This document shows, one piece after another, positions 46,181-55,720 of a stretch of 64,000 bases of DNA. The DNA lies in the IMG/VR virus record IMGVR_UViG_3300025655_000033, positions 3,202-67,201 of that record; one strand, given 5' to 3'. Source of the DNA: a virus. Numbering within the stretch: the stretch's first letter is position 1; every line of letters begins with the position of its first letter. Both the position numbers and the translations under genes were made by a program. The notes beneath the pieces were generated by a model. It was not told where the DNA came from, did no database searches, and saw only the letters and a list, made by a program, of their open reading frames with translations.

Positions 46181-46684
46181 ATGGCACTAACAAGAATATC
46201 AAACGATACTTTACAAGACACCGCAGTTAGCACTTCAAAACTACAAGATTTAGCCGTGAGCACTAGTAAATTACAAGATGCTGCGGTTAGTACTTTAAAA
46301 CTGCAAGATTTAGCTGTAAGTAGTGGTAAGTTACAAGACGCTACTATTACGCAATCAAAACTTGGAGCTGAGTTTACCGATATAGTTGTATTAAATAGTG
46401 CTAATTCATCACTAGATATAGACTTTTCTTTAGGCACTTCGTTTACTTTATTAGCAGATCAAGGTAATTTCTATACATTAACTTTTACGAATTATAATAT
46501 AGGTGATGTTAAAAGTATATCCTGCACAGTCGCCTCTACGTTTGGGTTAAGTTTTAATGCAACAGGTAAAACAATAGTTATATTAAATGGCGAAATAGAC
46601 CCTAATGTAGACTTGAATTTTATACAGGTTTTATGTGTAGATACTAATACTTTTTATTTAACAATATCTAGTTTAACCCCATAG
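46181..46684 (+). CDS. Tail fibre module with 10-aa repeats (LQDxAVSxxK x5)
   Basis: 30-bp tandem repeat at ~46211-46360. Confidence 0.6.
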   Translation: MALTRISNDTLQDTAVSTSKLQDLAVSTSKLQDAAVSTLKLQDLAVSSGKLQDATITQSKLGAEFTDIVVLNSANSSLDIDFSLGTSFTLLADQGNFYTLTFTNYNIGDVKSISCTVASTFGLSFNATGKTIVILNGEIDPNVDLNFIQVLCVDTNTFYLTISSLTP

Positions 46685-46687
46685 AAT

Positions 46688-47146
46688 ATGAAAGCAATAG
46701 AAATAAACGGAGAAATAAAGATTTTTTCTAAATATCCTAAAAACTTTAAATATGGGGATAACTTATATTTAATTTTAACTGACGAAAAAGCTAAAGAAAT
46801 AGGATTTAAAGATGTTATCACTCCTGAGTATAATTATTTAACTGAGGAGCTTTCTGAAATTAAACTTGTCGGCGATGTATATACTTACGATGTAATTGAA
46901 AAACCTATCAAGGAAACTTTAGCTGAATTAAAAGAGCAAAAAGTAAGTCAATTAAAATCTATGGTAGGTAGTGAATTATCTGCAACAGATTGGTACATTA
47001 TTCGTGAAGCAGATAGCGGAGAACCTACGCCACAATCTATTAAAGATGAAAGAGCAGCGTTAAGAACACAAAGTGATTCAATAGAAGCAGAAATAAATGC
47101 TTTAAAAAGCAAGAAAGATGTAGTATTGTTTGACATTAATCTTTAA
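46688..47146 (+). CDS. Tail fibre assembly chaperone-like protein
   Basis: 'L.ATDWYIIR.AD.G...P..I...RAALR'. Confidence 0.6.
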   Translation: MKAIEINGEIKIFSKYPKNFKYGDNLYLILTDEKAKEIGFKDVITPEYNYLTEELSEIKLVGDVYTYDVIEKPIKETLAELKEQKVSQLKSMVGSELSATDWYIIREADSGEPTPQSIKDERAALRTQSDSIEAEINALKSKKDVVLFDINL

Positions 47147-47156
47147 AATATAAATT

Positions 47157-48119
47157 ATGTCTTTTTGTGATAGGTTAATAAGTACAGGTTCAGGGGCAGC
47201 CCCATTAACAGATGGTTCTGTTATTCAAGCCGTTTCAACCACAGGCGATAGTACCCCTCAACAATCATCTTATTCACTTGATGGAGGAAATAGTTGGACT
47301 GCAGGTGATTCGGATACTTTTATATATGGACTCGCTATTAATGGTGTTGGTAATGCAGGTGTCTCAGGAGGTAGGAACAATGGATTGCAAACAGGAGATT
47401 ATGGAGCATCTTGGGGTGGTTTTCAAGGTGGTTATAATTTAACTAATTGGGGTCAATCCGCTATTAGTTATGATGGTTCCTATAAATTGTTTACCAATTT
47501 TCAGCAGTATTGGGGATCTTTGTGGCCTTCAGCTACAGGATATACAAGAATAACTAATGGTACAGGATATTTTGGGGCATGTATGAGCCATAATGGTCAA
47601 TATCAATTCGGTATTGATGCTAATGGAACTCGATATTCAAGGTCTACAGATTATGGAGCTACTTTTACAAATGGAACACTTCCTCAAAGTACATATAGAG
47701 GAACAATGATATGTAGCGGTACAGGTCAATATGTAATATTTCAATCTTATGGTTGGATATATAGATCTACAAATTATGGAGTTTCTTTTGGTAGAATCAT
47801 AAACAGCTTATTTAATGATTATTTTAGTTTTGGAGATTCAAGCTATAGTGGTCAATATATGTATATGGCGATTGGGGCTAACGTACTTAAATCTTCTAAT
47901 TATGGTGAGACTTGGAGTTCAATAACATCTACTGTTGGTGGGTTTGGATTTTATTCTTCAGTAGGTTGTAACGCTTCAGGTTCTGTAGTTGCAACAGCAG
48001 ATAGTGGAAGCAACATAAAAATTTCAACTGATTATGGTGCTACTTGGGTAAGTAAAGCTACAACTATTCCTTCTTACACGAGACAACACAAAGCTGTCGC
48101 TGTAAATAAAATAATTTAA
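47157..48119 (+). CDS. Asp-box beta-propeller protein, putative receptor-binding
   Basis: Repeated 'STDYGATF/STNYGVSF/SSNYGETW'. Confidence 0.65.
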   Translation: MSFCDRLISTGSGAAPLTDGSVIQAVSTTGDSTPQQSSYSLDGGNSWTAGDSDTFIYGLAINGVGNAGVSGGRNNGLQTGDYGASWGGFQGGYNLTNWGQSAISYDGSYKLFTNFQQYWGSLWPSATGYTRITNGTGYFGACMSHNGQYQFGIDANGTRYSRSTDYGATFTNGTLPQSTYRGTMICSGTGQYVIFQSYGWIYRSTNYGVSFGRIINSLFNDYFSFGDSSYSGQYMYMAIGANVLKSSNYGETWSSITSTVGGFGFYSSVGCNASGSVVATADSGSNIKISTDYGATWVSKATTIPSYTRQHKAVAVNKII

Positions 48120-48202
48120 AAACTATGGGACTTTACAATAAAATATCATTCATTAGCGGCTTAAAAAAATAACATGGCATTAACAAAAGTAACAAATAAC
48201 AA

Positions 48203-48358
48203 ATGGCAACAACAAAAGTATTAGGCGAATTAATAGCTGACAACACTATAGCTAGCAACAACGTAGATAATTCAGTTGTAAAAACTATTACATTAACACA
48301 AGCAGAATATGATGCACTGCCTTCGTATTCAGCATCAACAATATACATAACAACTTAA
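48203..48358 (+). CDS. 51-aa mini fibre adaptor (MATTKV...LTQAEYDAL)
   Basis: Hand translation; N-terminus like 42046, C-terminus like 37944. Confidence 0.6.
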   Translation: MATTKVLGELIADNTIASNNVDNSVVKTITLTQAEYDALPSYSASTIYITT

Positions 48359-48368
48359 TACATAAAAA

Positions 48369-50132
48369 ATGGCAATATATTTAGGAGCAAATGAATTAGC
48401 AACTGGTGGTGGAAGTTCAGTTGGATTAAATGGAATATCTCAATTTGCTAACGTACCTGCACTTTATACAGATGAAACGGATTCAACGTGGTTAAAAGCT
48501 GGTAACTTGCTTTTAGACCCTGCGTCTTATCCAAATGCTGCAACATCAAAATATAATATAGATATTTCATCATTAGCTGGCACATATGCTACAGATTTAT
48601 ATCAGAGTTCGCCTAGATGGATGCAATTTAGTAGCGATGGAACTAAATTCTTTTTAAGTGGTTTAGACCCATACCAAATTCAAACATTTAATTGTTCAAC
48701 CGCCTGGGACATATCAACCGCTGTTTATTCAAGTTTTATTAATAATGGGGCTAGTAATTCACCAAACGCGGGGCATTGGTTTAATAATGATGGTACTATA
48801 TGGTATACTCACGTTTCAAGTAGTAGATATATTGCATCATATAACGTAGGAACTCCTTATGATTTAACAACATTATCTTATATATCGCAAACAGGCAACC
48901 TTACTGGCTATGGAGATGAGGGGAGGGGGATAGCATCAAATGAGGCTGGTACTAAAATGTACTATATGTCAACCAACAGTGATCAGATTGTAGAATTTAC
49001 ACTTACCACACCATATTCTCCATCTACGTATTTAGCAGGTCCTGCTCCTGTAATCAAAAGCATAGCAGCGCAAGACAGCCTGCCAAACCAACTATTTATT
49101 AGTGATGACGGTACTAAGCTTTATACGTTAGGTGATGCTAATAATAAAGTATATCAGTATTCTATGTCTGCTTATAATATAAGCACCCTATCTTTTGTAA
49201 GAGATTTAGATATTTCAGCTTACGAAACTTCTCCAGCCGCTCTAACCTTTAAAGCGGATGGAACTAAAATGTATATATCAGGCCCTTCAAATGATACCAT
49301 ATATGAATTTGATTTAGGTACTGCTTGGAATATAAGCACCACTACATTGAATCAATCTTATAGGGTAGGGAGTCCAGATAACGCCCAATGGGGTATATAC
49401 ATTAATTCATCTGGATCTAAAATGTTTACAACTGGTGATGATACTAATTCTGTTTTAAGTTGGAATATTGGCACACCTTGGGACATTACTACATCTTCCT
49501 ATATTGAATCGTTTGACATATCGGCACAAGACACTTCTCCTAGAGGAATATTTTTTAAACCCGAAGGAGATAGAATGTTTGTAATTGGAGATGTGAATAA
49601 TAATGTTAATCAATATGATTTGTCAGTTGCATTTGATATTTCTACTTCTGTGTTTACACAATCACTTAATTTACCATATACAGCACCGATGGGATTATTT
49701 TTCAAGGAAGACGGCCTTAAAATGTACGTTGTTGATGCAACCAGTGATGTAGTAGGCCAATATAATTTATCCTCTGCTTGGGACATAAGTACCGCCTCAT
49801 TTTTACAAAGTTATAGTATTAATTCATTAGACACTACACTCCGAGGGATTTATTTTAGTTCGGATGGAAGTAGAATGTTTATAACCGGAGACGCAAATGA
49901 CTTAATTTATGATTTTGATTTAATAACACCGTGGGATATATCCACATCTATATTTAAACAATCTAAAGCAGCTGGAGCAAACGCTATGGGTATTTCTTTT
50001 AAACCAACTGGAGATTCATATTATATACTAAACTATAACGCAAAACAAGTTGATCAATATGATATTCCAATAGGAGTAGGATTATTAGATATAACAAATT
50101 TAGACGCGCAAAGCTATGTAAGAATTAATTAA
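48369..50132 (+). CDS. Beta-propeller repeat protein (AWDISTA repeats), putative receptor-binding
   Basis: ~10 repeats of 'F..DG.KMY......V.QY.L..AWDIST'. Confidence 0.7.
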   Translation: MAIYLGANELATGGGSSVGLNGISQFANVPALYTDETDSTWLKAGNLLLDPASYPNAATSKYNIDISSLAGTYATDLYQSSPRWMQFSSDGTKFFLSGLDPYQIQTFNCSTAWDISTAVYSSFINNGASNSPNAGHWFNNDGTIWYTHVSSSRYIASYNVGTPYDLTTLSYISQTGNLTGYGDEGRGIASNEAGTKMYYMSTNSDQIVEFTLTTPYSPSTYLAGPAPVIKSIAAQDSLPNQLFISDDGTKLYTLGDANNKVYQYSMSAYNISTLSFVRDLDISAYETSPAALTFKADGTKMYISGPSNDTIYEFDLGTAWNISTTTLNQSYRVGSPDNAQWGIYINSSGSKMFTTGDDTNSVLSWNIGTPWDITTSSYIESFDISAQDTSPRGIFFKPEGDRMFVIGDVNNNVNQYDLSVAFDISTSVFTQSLNLPYTAPMGLFFKEDGLKMYVVDATSDVVGQYNLSSAWDISTASFLQSYSINSLDTTLRGIYFSSDGSRMFITGDANDLIYDFDLITPWDISTSIFKQSKAAGANAMGISFKPTGDSYYILNYNAKQVDQYDIPIGVGLLDITNLDAQSYVRIN

Positions 50133-50142
50133 TATAATACAT

Positions 50143-50373
50143 ATGATACTAACATACAAACAATCTCAAGAAAATAAAAAAAATTCAATAATTAATAATA
50201 GGGCTGAAAACACTGAAAAAGAATGGAGAGATTTAGAATTACAAGCAACAGACTATATTGTTGCGGTAACCGATCATCCAAACCATTCTAAATATATAAC
50301 CTATAGGCAGGAACTAAGGGATTATCCGGCACAACTAGATTTTCCAAATGGTGAGCGCCCTATAAAACCTTAA
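50143..50373 (+). CDS. Tail fibre assembly chaperone-like protein
   Basis: Paralog of the C-terminal half of 45830..46177. Confidence 0.65.
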   Translation: MILTYKQSQENKKNSIINNRAENTEKEWRDLELQATDYIVAVTDHPNHSKYITYRQELRDYPAQLDFPNGERPIKP

Positions 50374-50456
50374 AACGCAGTATCAAGATTATTTTTATTA
50401 CTTAAAAAAACTAAAAAATACGTAATCTTATAACTATTAACAATAAACCAAAACCA

Positions 50457-50747
50457 ATGACACTTTTTTACCGCACTCATTCGTGGAGTAGTGAACCACA
50501 AATTACCGATGAAACCAAAAAGTTATGGAGGCATATAGCTGAAAAAACTAACTGGAGAATCACCCAATTACCAAACGGTTTTTTTCAAACCGAATACCAA
50601 GATCTAGAAAAAGAAGATACTTGGAACGACGTAACCAGAAGAGAAACAGTTGCTGGCGCTGAAGCTGCTATTGATTCAACAGTAGAGCATTACGCTAAAA
50701 AGCTGGAATTCTTAGATGGACCTAAAGTCGTTAAGACCTTTAAATAA
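50457..50747 (+). CDS. Hypothetical protein
   Basis: 96 aa ORF upstream of groEL. Confidence 0.65.
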   Translation: MTLFYRTHSWSSEPQITDETKKLWRHIAEKTNWRITQLPNGFFQTEYQDLEKEDTWNDVTRRETVAGAEAAIDSTVEHYAKKLEFLDGPKVVKTFK

Positions 50748-50777
50748 AATACTACTTCAATCAAATTAAATTAAATT

Positions 50778-52334
50778 ATGTCAGACGCAATTGTCAAGAA
50801 CCTAAGTTTCGGTAACGAAGCTAAGGACAAAGTATTTGAAGGTATTACAAAACTCACAAAAGCCGTTAGCTCCACGCTCGGGGCTAGCGGTAAATGTGTG
50901 ATGCTAGAAGATGGAAATGGAAGACCAATCATAACTAAAGACGGTGTAACAGTAGCAGATAGTATTATACTATTAGATCCTGTTGAAAATATGGGGGCTA
51001 CACTTTTAAAAGAAGCTGCTAGAAAAACCGTAAGTGAAGCGGGGGACGGTACAACAACCGCAACTGTATTAGCACACGCTATATTAACTGAAGCTTACAA
51101 TGTAGCTGATAAGATTAGCTCAAGAGATTTAAAAATCGGTATAGACAACGCTGTTGAGAAAGTAGTTAAATACTTAGAATCAATTTCAGTTAATATACAA
51201 GGAGATATGATAGATCAAATAGCTACTATATCTACTAACAACGATGCAGAACTTGGTAAATTAATTGGTGATGCTTTTAGATCTGTTGATGAAACAGGTG
51301 TAGTTATGATGGAAACATCGTCAGATGGTACTACAGCAGTAGAAATAGTTGACGGAGTACAATACAACAAAGGGCTAACGAACTCACATTTTGTTACAAG
51401 CAAAAGCCAAAGAGTTGCTGAATTAGAAAATCCTTATGTATTATTAGTTGAATCACCAATTGATAATATAAGACAAATTCAAAGCGTGCTAGAGTTTGTT
51501 ATAAAAGGTAATAAGTCTTTACTTGTAATCGCGGACGTAGACCAACCAGTACTTGCAACTTTAGCAATGAATAAAGTCAAAGGTAATTTAAAGATTAATG
51601 TTATCAATGCGCCAACATACGGTGTAGCTAAAAAAGAAACATTAGATGATCTTGCAATGCTAACTGGTGCTACTATTATAAACGAAGACTTAGGAGATGA
51701 TTTAGATTTAATTAATCCTCAATACCTAGGTAATTGTATAAAAAGTGTAACTACAGACGAAGAAACAATATTACAAGTTGGAGAAGTTTCAGAAGAGGTT
51801 CAAAATACTATAAAAGGTATTAAAGAAAAACTTGTTACAACTAAAGAGCCTTACGAAATAGTAAAGCTTGAAAAAAGATTAGCAAGACTAGCAGCTAAAA
51901 TAGCTATAGTAAAAGTAGGTGCTAATTCAGAAATAGAATTAAAAGAAAAGAAAGATAGAGTTGAAGATGCTATCTGCGCAACTAAAGCCGCAATCAAAGA
52001 AGGTATTGTACCTGGTGGTGGAATTGCCCTGTTAAACGCATCGGAAACAGTTAAAGCTAATACAATAGGTGAAGAAGCGCTGCTAGAGGCTATTAAGGCG
52101 CCATTTAAGACCATTTTAGAAAATGCAAGTATAGAATACCAAGAATCTAAAAGAGGCAAAGGAATGGGTTTAAATGTGATAACTGGTAAAAAGGTTAATA
52201 TGATCAAACACGGGATTATTGATCCACTACTAGTTACTAAAAGTGCACTTAGAAACGCTGCTTCAGTTGCTACAACTATTTTATCTACGGATTGTGTAAT
52301 TAATAACTTAAGGATTAATGAAGGCAATAGGTAG
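50778..52334 (+). CDS. groEL: Phage-encoded chaperonin GroEL
   Basis: 'ITKDGVTVA','AGDGTTTATVLA','EKKDRVEDA','GIVPGGG','GIIDP..VT'; no GGM tail. Confidence 0.95.
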   Translation: MSDAIVKNLSFGNEAKDKVFEGITKLTKAVSSTLGASGKCVMLEDGNGRPIITKDGVTVADSIILLDPVENMGATLLKEAARKTVSEAGDGTTTATVLAHAILTEAYNVADKISSRDLKIGIDNAVEKVVKYLESISVNIQGDMIDQIATISTNNDAELGKLIGDAFRSVDETGVVMMETSSDGTTAVEIVDGVQYNKGLTNSHFVTSKSQRVAELENPYVLLVESPIDNIRQIQSVLEFVIKGNKSLLVIADVDQPVLATLAMNKVKGNLKINVINAPTYGVAKKETLDDLAMLTGATIINEDLGDDLDLINPQYLGNCIKSVTTDEETILQVGEVSEEVQNTIKGIKEKLVTTKEPYEIVKLEKRLARLAAKIAIVKVGANSEIELKEKKDRVEDAICATKAAIKEGIVPGGGIALLNASETVKANTIGEEALLEAIKAPFKTILENASIEYQESKRGKGMGLNVITGKKVNMIKHGIIDPLLVTKSALRNAASVATTILSTDCVINNLRINEGNR

Positions 52335-52578
52335 AAACTTAATAATAGAAAAAGTAAAAGAAGGTACCACTGAAACAAAAGGTGGTTTACTTCTTGCTGA
52401 AAACCAAAGAGAAGACATTAGGTATATTATGGCTACTGTTGTTTCTGTTGGTGATGAAACAGCTGGAATAAAAGAAGGTGATCAAATTTATTATGATCGT
52501 CATGCTGGACATAAAATAGAGGTAGATAAAGATATTTACCATATTATAAAAATTCAGGATGTAGTTGTTGTTCTATGA
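52318..52578 (+). CDS. groES: Co-chaperonin GroES
   Basis: Mobile loop 'ETKGGLLL', 'VVSVG','IKEGDQI'; overlaps groEL. Confidence 0.9.
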   Translation: MKAIGRNLIIEKVKEGTTETKGGLLLAENQREDIRYIMATVVSVGDETAGIKEGDQIYYDRHAGHKIEVDKDIYHIIKIQDVVVVL

Positions 52579-53021
52579 AAAGGCTAGAAGCAAGTGATAT
52601 TAAAGAATTGAACTTGTTAAAACATTATCGGATAATAAGACAATGGGCTTGTAGAAACAACGACTTAACTGATGCGGATTTAGAGTTACTGATCTACTTT
52701 GATTGTATGGGTTTTTTTACCAAACAAGATTATAAAATCGGTACGTATGCTTATAGTTGGGATAACACGCGCTGGAACAGATTATTGAAAGAAGGGTGGA
52801 TTACGGTTTGGAGAGAAAGAAACCACACCACTCAAAAATATCATATATATAAAGTTTCATTTAAGTGCAAACAACTTATAAGTAGAATGTATCGTATTAT
52901 GCTTGGTGAAGAAGATATACCTACAAGTCATAGAAGAAACAAAATAATGCAAGGTAAAACTTACATGGATACTGTTCTAAAGACTGCAATTGATAATGTA
53001 AATAAAGATAAAAATAGATAA
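52575..53021 (+). CDS. Winged-helix-like hypothetical protein
   Basis: 'LTDADLELLIY...RLLKEGWI...YKVSFKCK' MarR-like pattern. Confidence 0.5.
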   Translation: MKRLEASDIKELNLLKHYRIIRQWACRNNDLTDADLELLIYFDCMGFFTKQDYKIGTYAYSWDNTRWNRLLKEGWITVWRERNHTTQKYHIYKVSFKCKQLISRMYRIMLGEEDIPTSHRRNKIMQGKTYMDTVLKTAIDNVNKDKNR

Positions 53022-53022
53022 T

Positions 53023-53334
53023 ATGAACAACACAAGAGGTGGTATATTTAGTACATTAAATCCTGCTCAACAACAAGAGGTATTAGATCCTATGACTGGT
53101 ATGCCAGTTCAGCAAACTGCTGTTCCACCAGCACCTAGTAACACACTTGGTATGGCTAAACCTGTTTTTAATGATATGACTCAAACTGCTGCTCAAGGTC
53201 TTTACGGTGATGTAGAGCAAAGACAAATGTCTATGGGTAATAGAACTCCTATGTTTATGAAAGATCAAACTGGTGATGGTAAAATCACTAGAGCAGATGT
53301 TATAAAGGCAAGAGTAGAAGGTTACAAAGAATAA
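53023..53334 (+). CDS. Hypothetical protein with EF-hand/dockerin-like C-terminal loop
   Basis: 'DQTGDGKITRADV'. Confidence 0.6.
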   Translation: MNNTRGGIFSTLNPAQQQEVLDPMTGMPVQQTAVPPAPSNTLGMAKPVFNDMTQTAAQGLYGDVEQRQMSMGNRTPMFMKDQTGDGKITRADVIKARVEGYKE

Positions 53335-53576
53335 TGATTAAACTAATAAAAAATATTATGAAAAAAACTACAACACCAGCTGTAAGTAAAATAGAAGCTC
53401 ACGGCACTACTGGAGCTAATGCTTTGTGGGATGGGCCGTTAGATACTACTGGTTTTCCAATGGGTAAAGGCTCTAGCAGTGGAAAAAATGGTATGAAGGT
53501 TAATATGTCAGATGTACCTTATTCAGAAGGACCTATTACGTCTAAGACTTATGCTAAGGGAAATGGCAGGGGCTGA
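53334..53576 (+). CDS. Hypothetical protein
   Basis: 80 aa ORF coupled to neighbours. Confidence 0.55.
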   Translation: MIKLIKNIMKKTTTPAVSKIEAHGTTGANALWDGPLDTTGFPMGKGSSSGKNGMKVNMSDVPYSEGPITSKTYAKGNGRG

Positions 53577-53715
53577 TATTAAGCTTTATGCAATAAACGC
53601 AATATCTTTATTAGTTTCTATGACGAGCATCGAGCCTGTATTGAAGATCATGTTATTAGTAGTTACTATAGGGTATACTGTTAATAAGTGGTATCACTTG
53701 TATAAGAAGAAATAA
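53563..53715 (+). CDS. Putative holin/small membrane protein
   Basis: 50 aa, two hydrophobic segments, KKK tail, directly before the endolysin. Confidence 0.55.
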   Translation: MAGADIKLYAINAISLLVSMTSIEPVLKIMLLVVTIGYTVNKWYHLYKKK

Positions 53716-53716
53716 A

Positions 53717-54172
53717 ATGATTAGTAAGCATGTATCTGACAAAGAAGGTGTTTATTCAAGAACTGCACTAAGACTTGATATAGACAACACGCCTGAACCA
53801 TATCACTTGGTTAACATGCAGATAATTGCTGAACTTGTTTTTGAACCGCTTAGAGAATGGGTTAATGGACCTATTAAAATTAATTCATTTTACAGATGTA
53901 AAGAATTAAATTCAGCTATAGGCGGAAGCAATAGATCTCAGCATTGCGAGGGTAGAGCGATTGATATTGACGATACCTTTGGTCACAAGACTAATGCAGA
54001 AATGTTTGAGTATATAAAAAACAACTTAGATTTCGATCAATTAATTTGGGAATTTGGAAACGATAATAATCCTGACTGGGTGCATGTTAGTTATGTTTCT
54101 TCTGATGAAAATAGAAGAAGAATTATGAAGGCTTACAAATTAAATGGCAAATCAAAATACAAACTAATATAA
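53717..54172 (+). CDS. Peptidase M15A-family endolysin
   Basis: 'INSFYRC.ELN.AIGGS..SQH..G.AIDI', 'WVHVSY'. Confidence 0.9.
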   Translation: MISKHVSDKEGVYSRTALRLDIDNTPEPYHLVNMQIIAELVFEPLREWVNGPIKINSFYRCKELNSAIGGSNRSQHCEGRAIDIDDTFGHKTNAEMFEYIKNNLDFDQLIWEFGNDNNPDWVHVSYVSSDENRRRIMKAYKLNGKSKYKLI

Positions 54173-54414
54173 TGGCATACGTACAAAGTAAATCTCCTTT
54201 TTTAAGGACCAAACCATACAAAGCAGGTATGTCTGCTGAGGAAAGAAGAAAGTACAACAGGGAAACTGGTGGAAACTTACAAGCACCTCAACCAGAAGGT
54301 GGTAGTAGAAAAAAATCATACTGTGCTAGATCAGCTGGTATTAAAAAATGTAAAAATCCAGATAAAAACGGTGACTGTCCAAACGACATTGCAAGACGTA
54401 AGTGGAAATGCTAA
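54172..54414 (+). CDS. Small basic protein
   Basis: 'RKKSYCARS...ARRKWKC' motif. Confidence 0.6.
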   Translation: MAYVQSKSPFLRTKPYKAGMSAEERRKYNRETGGNLQAPQPEGGSRKKSYCARSAGIKKCKNPDKNGDCPNDIARRKWKC

Positions 54415-54432
54415 TAATAAAAAAATAAAACT

Positions 54433-55038
54433 ATGCCATTTAAAATGAAAGGTTCTCCATTAAATGCAATTGGAGACACAAAAGACGGAATTATAAAAAG
54501 AGCTTTAACAGGACAAAAAGCTAACATAGAAACGTCTTCTCAAAGACAATCTAAGGGAATATACACTAAAGCTGAGTTAGCTAGTAAATCTTCTACTAAA
54601 AACTTATCTAATGAGTTTACAGCTAGTTTATCTAAACCAGGTAATAAAGCTAACAATCCTTTTGTGAATGGTGTAGATACTAGTGTGGCAAAACCTACAC
54701 CTGTTAAACCAATATCTACAGAAAAAACACCTACTAAAAAAACAATAGAGCAAAAAAAAGAAGTTAAACTAAAAACTTCTGAAAAAAGTGTTAAGCTAGC
54801 TGAAACTAATCCTAAGATAAAAGCTGGAATGGCTAAGCCAGTTTCTGAAACAAGAAAATCTGGAACAACAAAGCAAGAAGCTAGACTAGCTAAAACAAAA
54901 GATAAAGCTGCTAAAGTTAAATCTGATTACAATACTGGTTCTAGAGGTCAGATGGAAGGTAAAGCAGCAAGAGCTAAACATGACAGGTTAAACAAGAGAG
55001 CAGCAAGAATAGAAAAAAGAATCTCAAAAAAGAAATAA
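54433..55038 (+). CDS. Lys-rich low-complexity protein with MPFKMK N-terminus
   Basis: 201 aa, very basic. Confidence 0.6.
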   Translation: MPFKMKGSPLNAIGDTKDGIIKRALTGQKANIETSSQRQSKGIYTKAELASKSSTKNLSNEFTASLSKPGNKANNPFVNGVDTSVAKPTPVKPISTEKTPTKKTIEQKKEVKLKTSEKSVKLAETNPKIKAGMAKPVSETRKSGTTKQEARLAKTKDKAAKVKSDYNTGSRGQMEGKAARAKHDRLNKRAARIEKRISKKK

Positions 55039-55040
55039 TT

Positions 55041-55250
55041 ATGCCAAACATTAGTAAAAAAACAGCTTACAACGTTAAAGAAGCAAGCAACCAATCACTT
55101 GATGCATCAGCTAGAAAAAACTATGCAAAAAACGCTCAAGCAGGAATGAAAGACGATAGTCCAATGTCTATGTATGGATCTCCAGCTAAAATGAGTTGTT
55201 CTCCTATGAAGATGACTGGATCTTGGATGAGTAAACACTGTTCTAAGTAA
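55041..55250 (+). CDS. Small protein with SP-x-KM repeats
   Basis: 'SPMSMYGSPAKMSCSPMKM'. Confidence 0.55.
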   Translation: MPNISKKTAYNVKEASNQSLDASARKNYAKNAQAGMKDDSPMSMYGSPAKMSCSPMKMTGSWMSKHCSK

Positions 55251-55417
55251 TGGAATCCAAGGGGTTAGGTGACACTATAGAAAAGATAACTACAGCAACT
55301 GGTATTAAATCTGTTGTTGATAAAGTATCAGAGGGTCTTAATATCCCTTGTGGTTGCCAAAAAAGAAAAGAAACTTTAAATAACATGTTCCCTTATAATG
55401 GCGTTCAAACTAAATAG
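55250..55417 (+). CDS. 55-aa protein with GLGDT...CGC motif
   Basis: Hand translation MESKGLGDTIEKITTATGIK...PCGCQKRKETLN. Confidence 0.6.
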   Translation: MESKGLGDTIEKITTATGIKSVVDKVSEGLNIPCGCQKRKETLNNMFPYNGVQTK

Positions 55418-55718
55418 TCCTCCTTACTTTATGGATAACACACCTATCTACAACGTAGACTTAGGTGATGGTGTCCTAGGTAAAGCTGACAGAAATGGCA
55501 GTATATTAATAAACAAAAATATAACTGACTCTAAACAAATAGATGATGTTATAAAGCACGAGAAAGTTCATCTTGATCAAATGAAAAGAGGTGATCTTGA
55601 TTATAATGATAGTGCAGTTTTTTGGAAAGGTAAAAAATATTCAAGAGCACAAATGGAAGAAGGTGCTAAAAATCTTCCTTGGGAAAAAGAAGCTTATAAC
55701 AAATCTAAAACTAAATAA
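55398..55718 (+). CDS. Small zincin-type metallopeptidase-like protein
   Basis: 'VIKHEKVHLDQ' HExxH and 'PWEKEAY'. Confidence 0.7.
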   Translation: MAFKLNSPPYFMDNTPIYNVDLGDGVLGKADRNGSILINKNITDSKQIDDVIKHEKVHLDQMKRGDLDYNDSAVFWKGKKYSRAQMEEGAKNLPWEKEAYNKSKTK

Positions 55719-55720
55719 AT

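Noticed and set aside
35204-50373. Diversity-generating retroelement acting on fibre genes
   Set aside because: No reverse transcriptase, and no repeat pair differing only at adenines was seen
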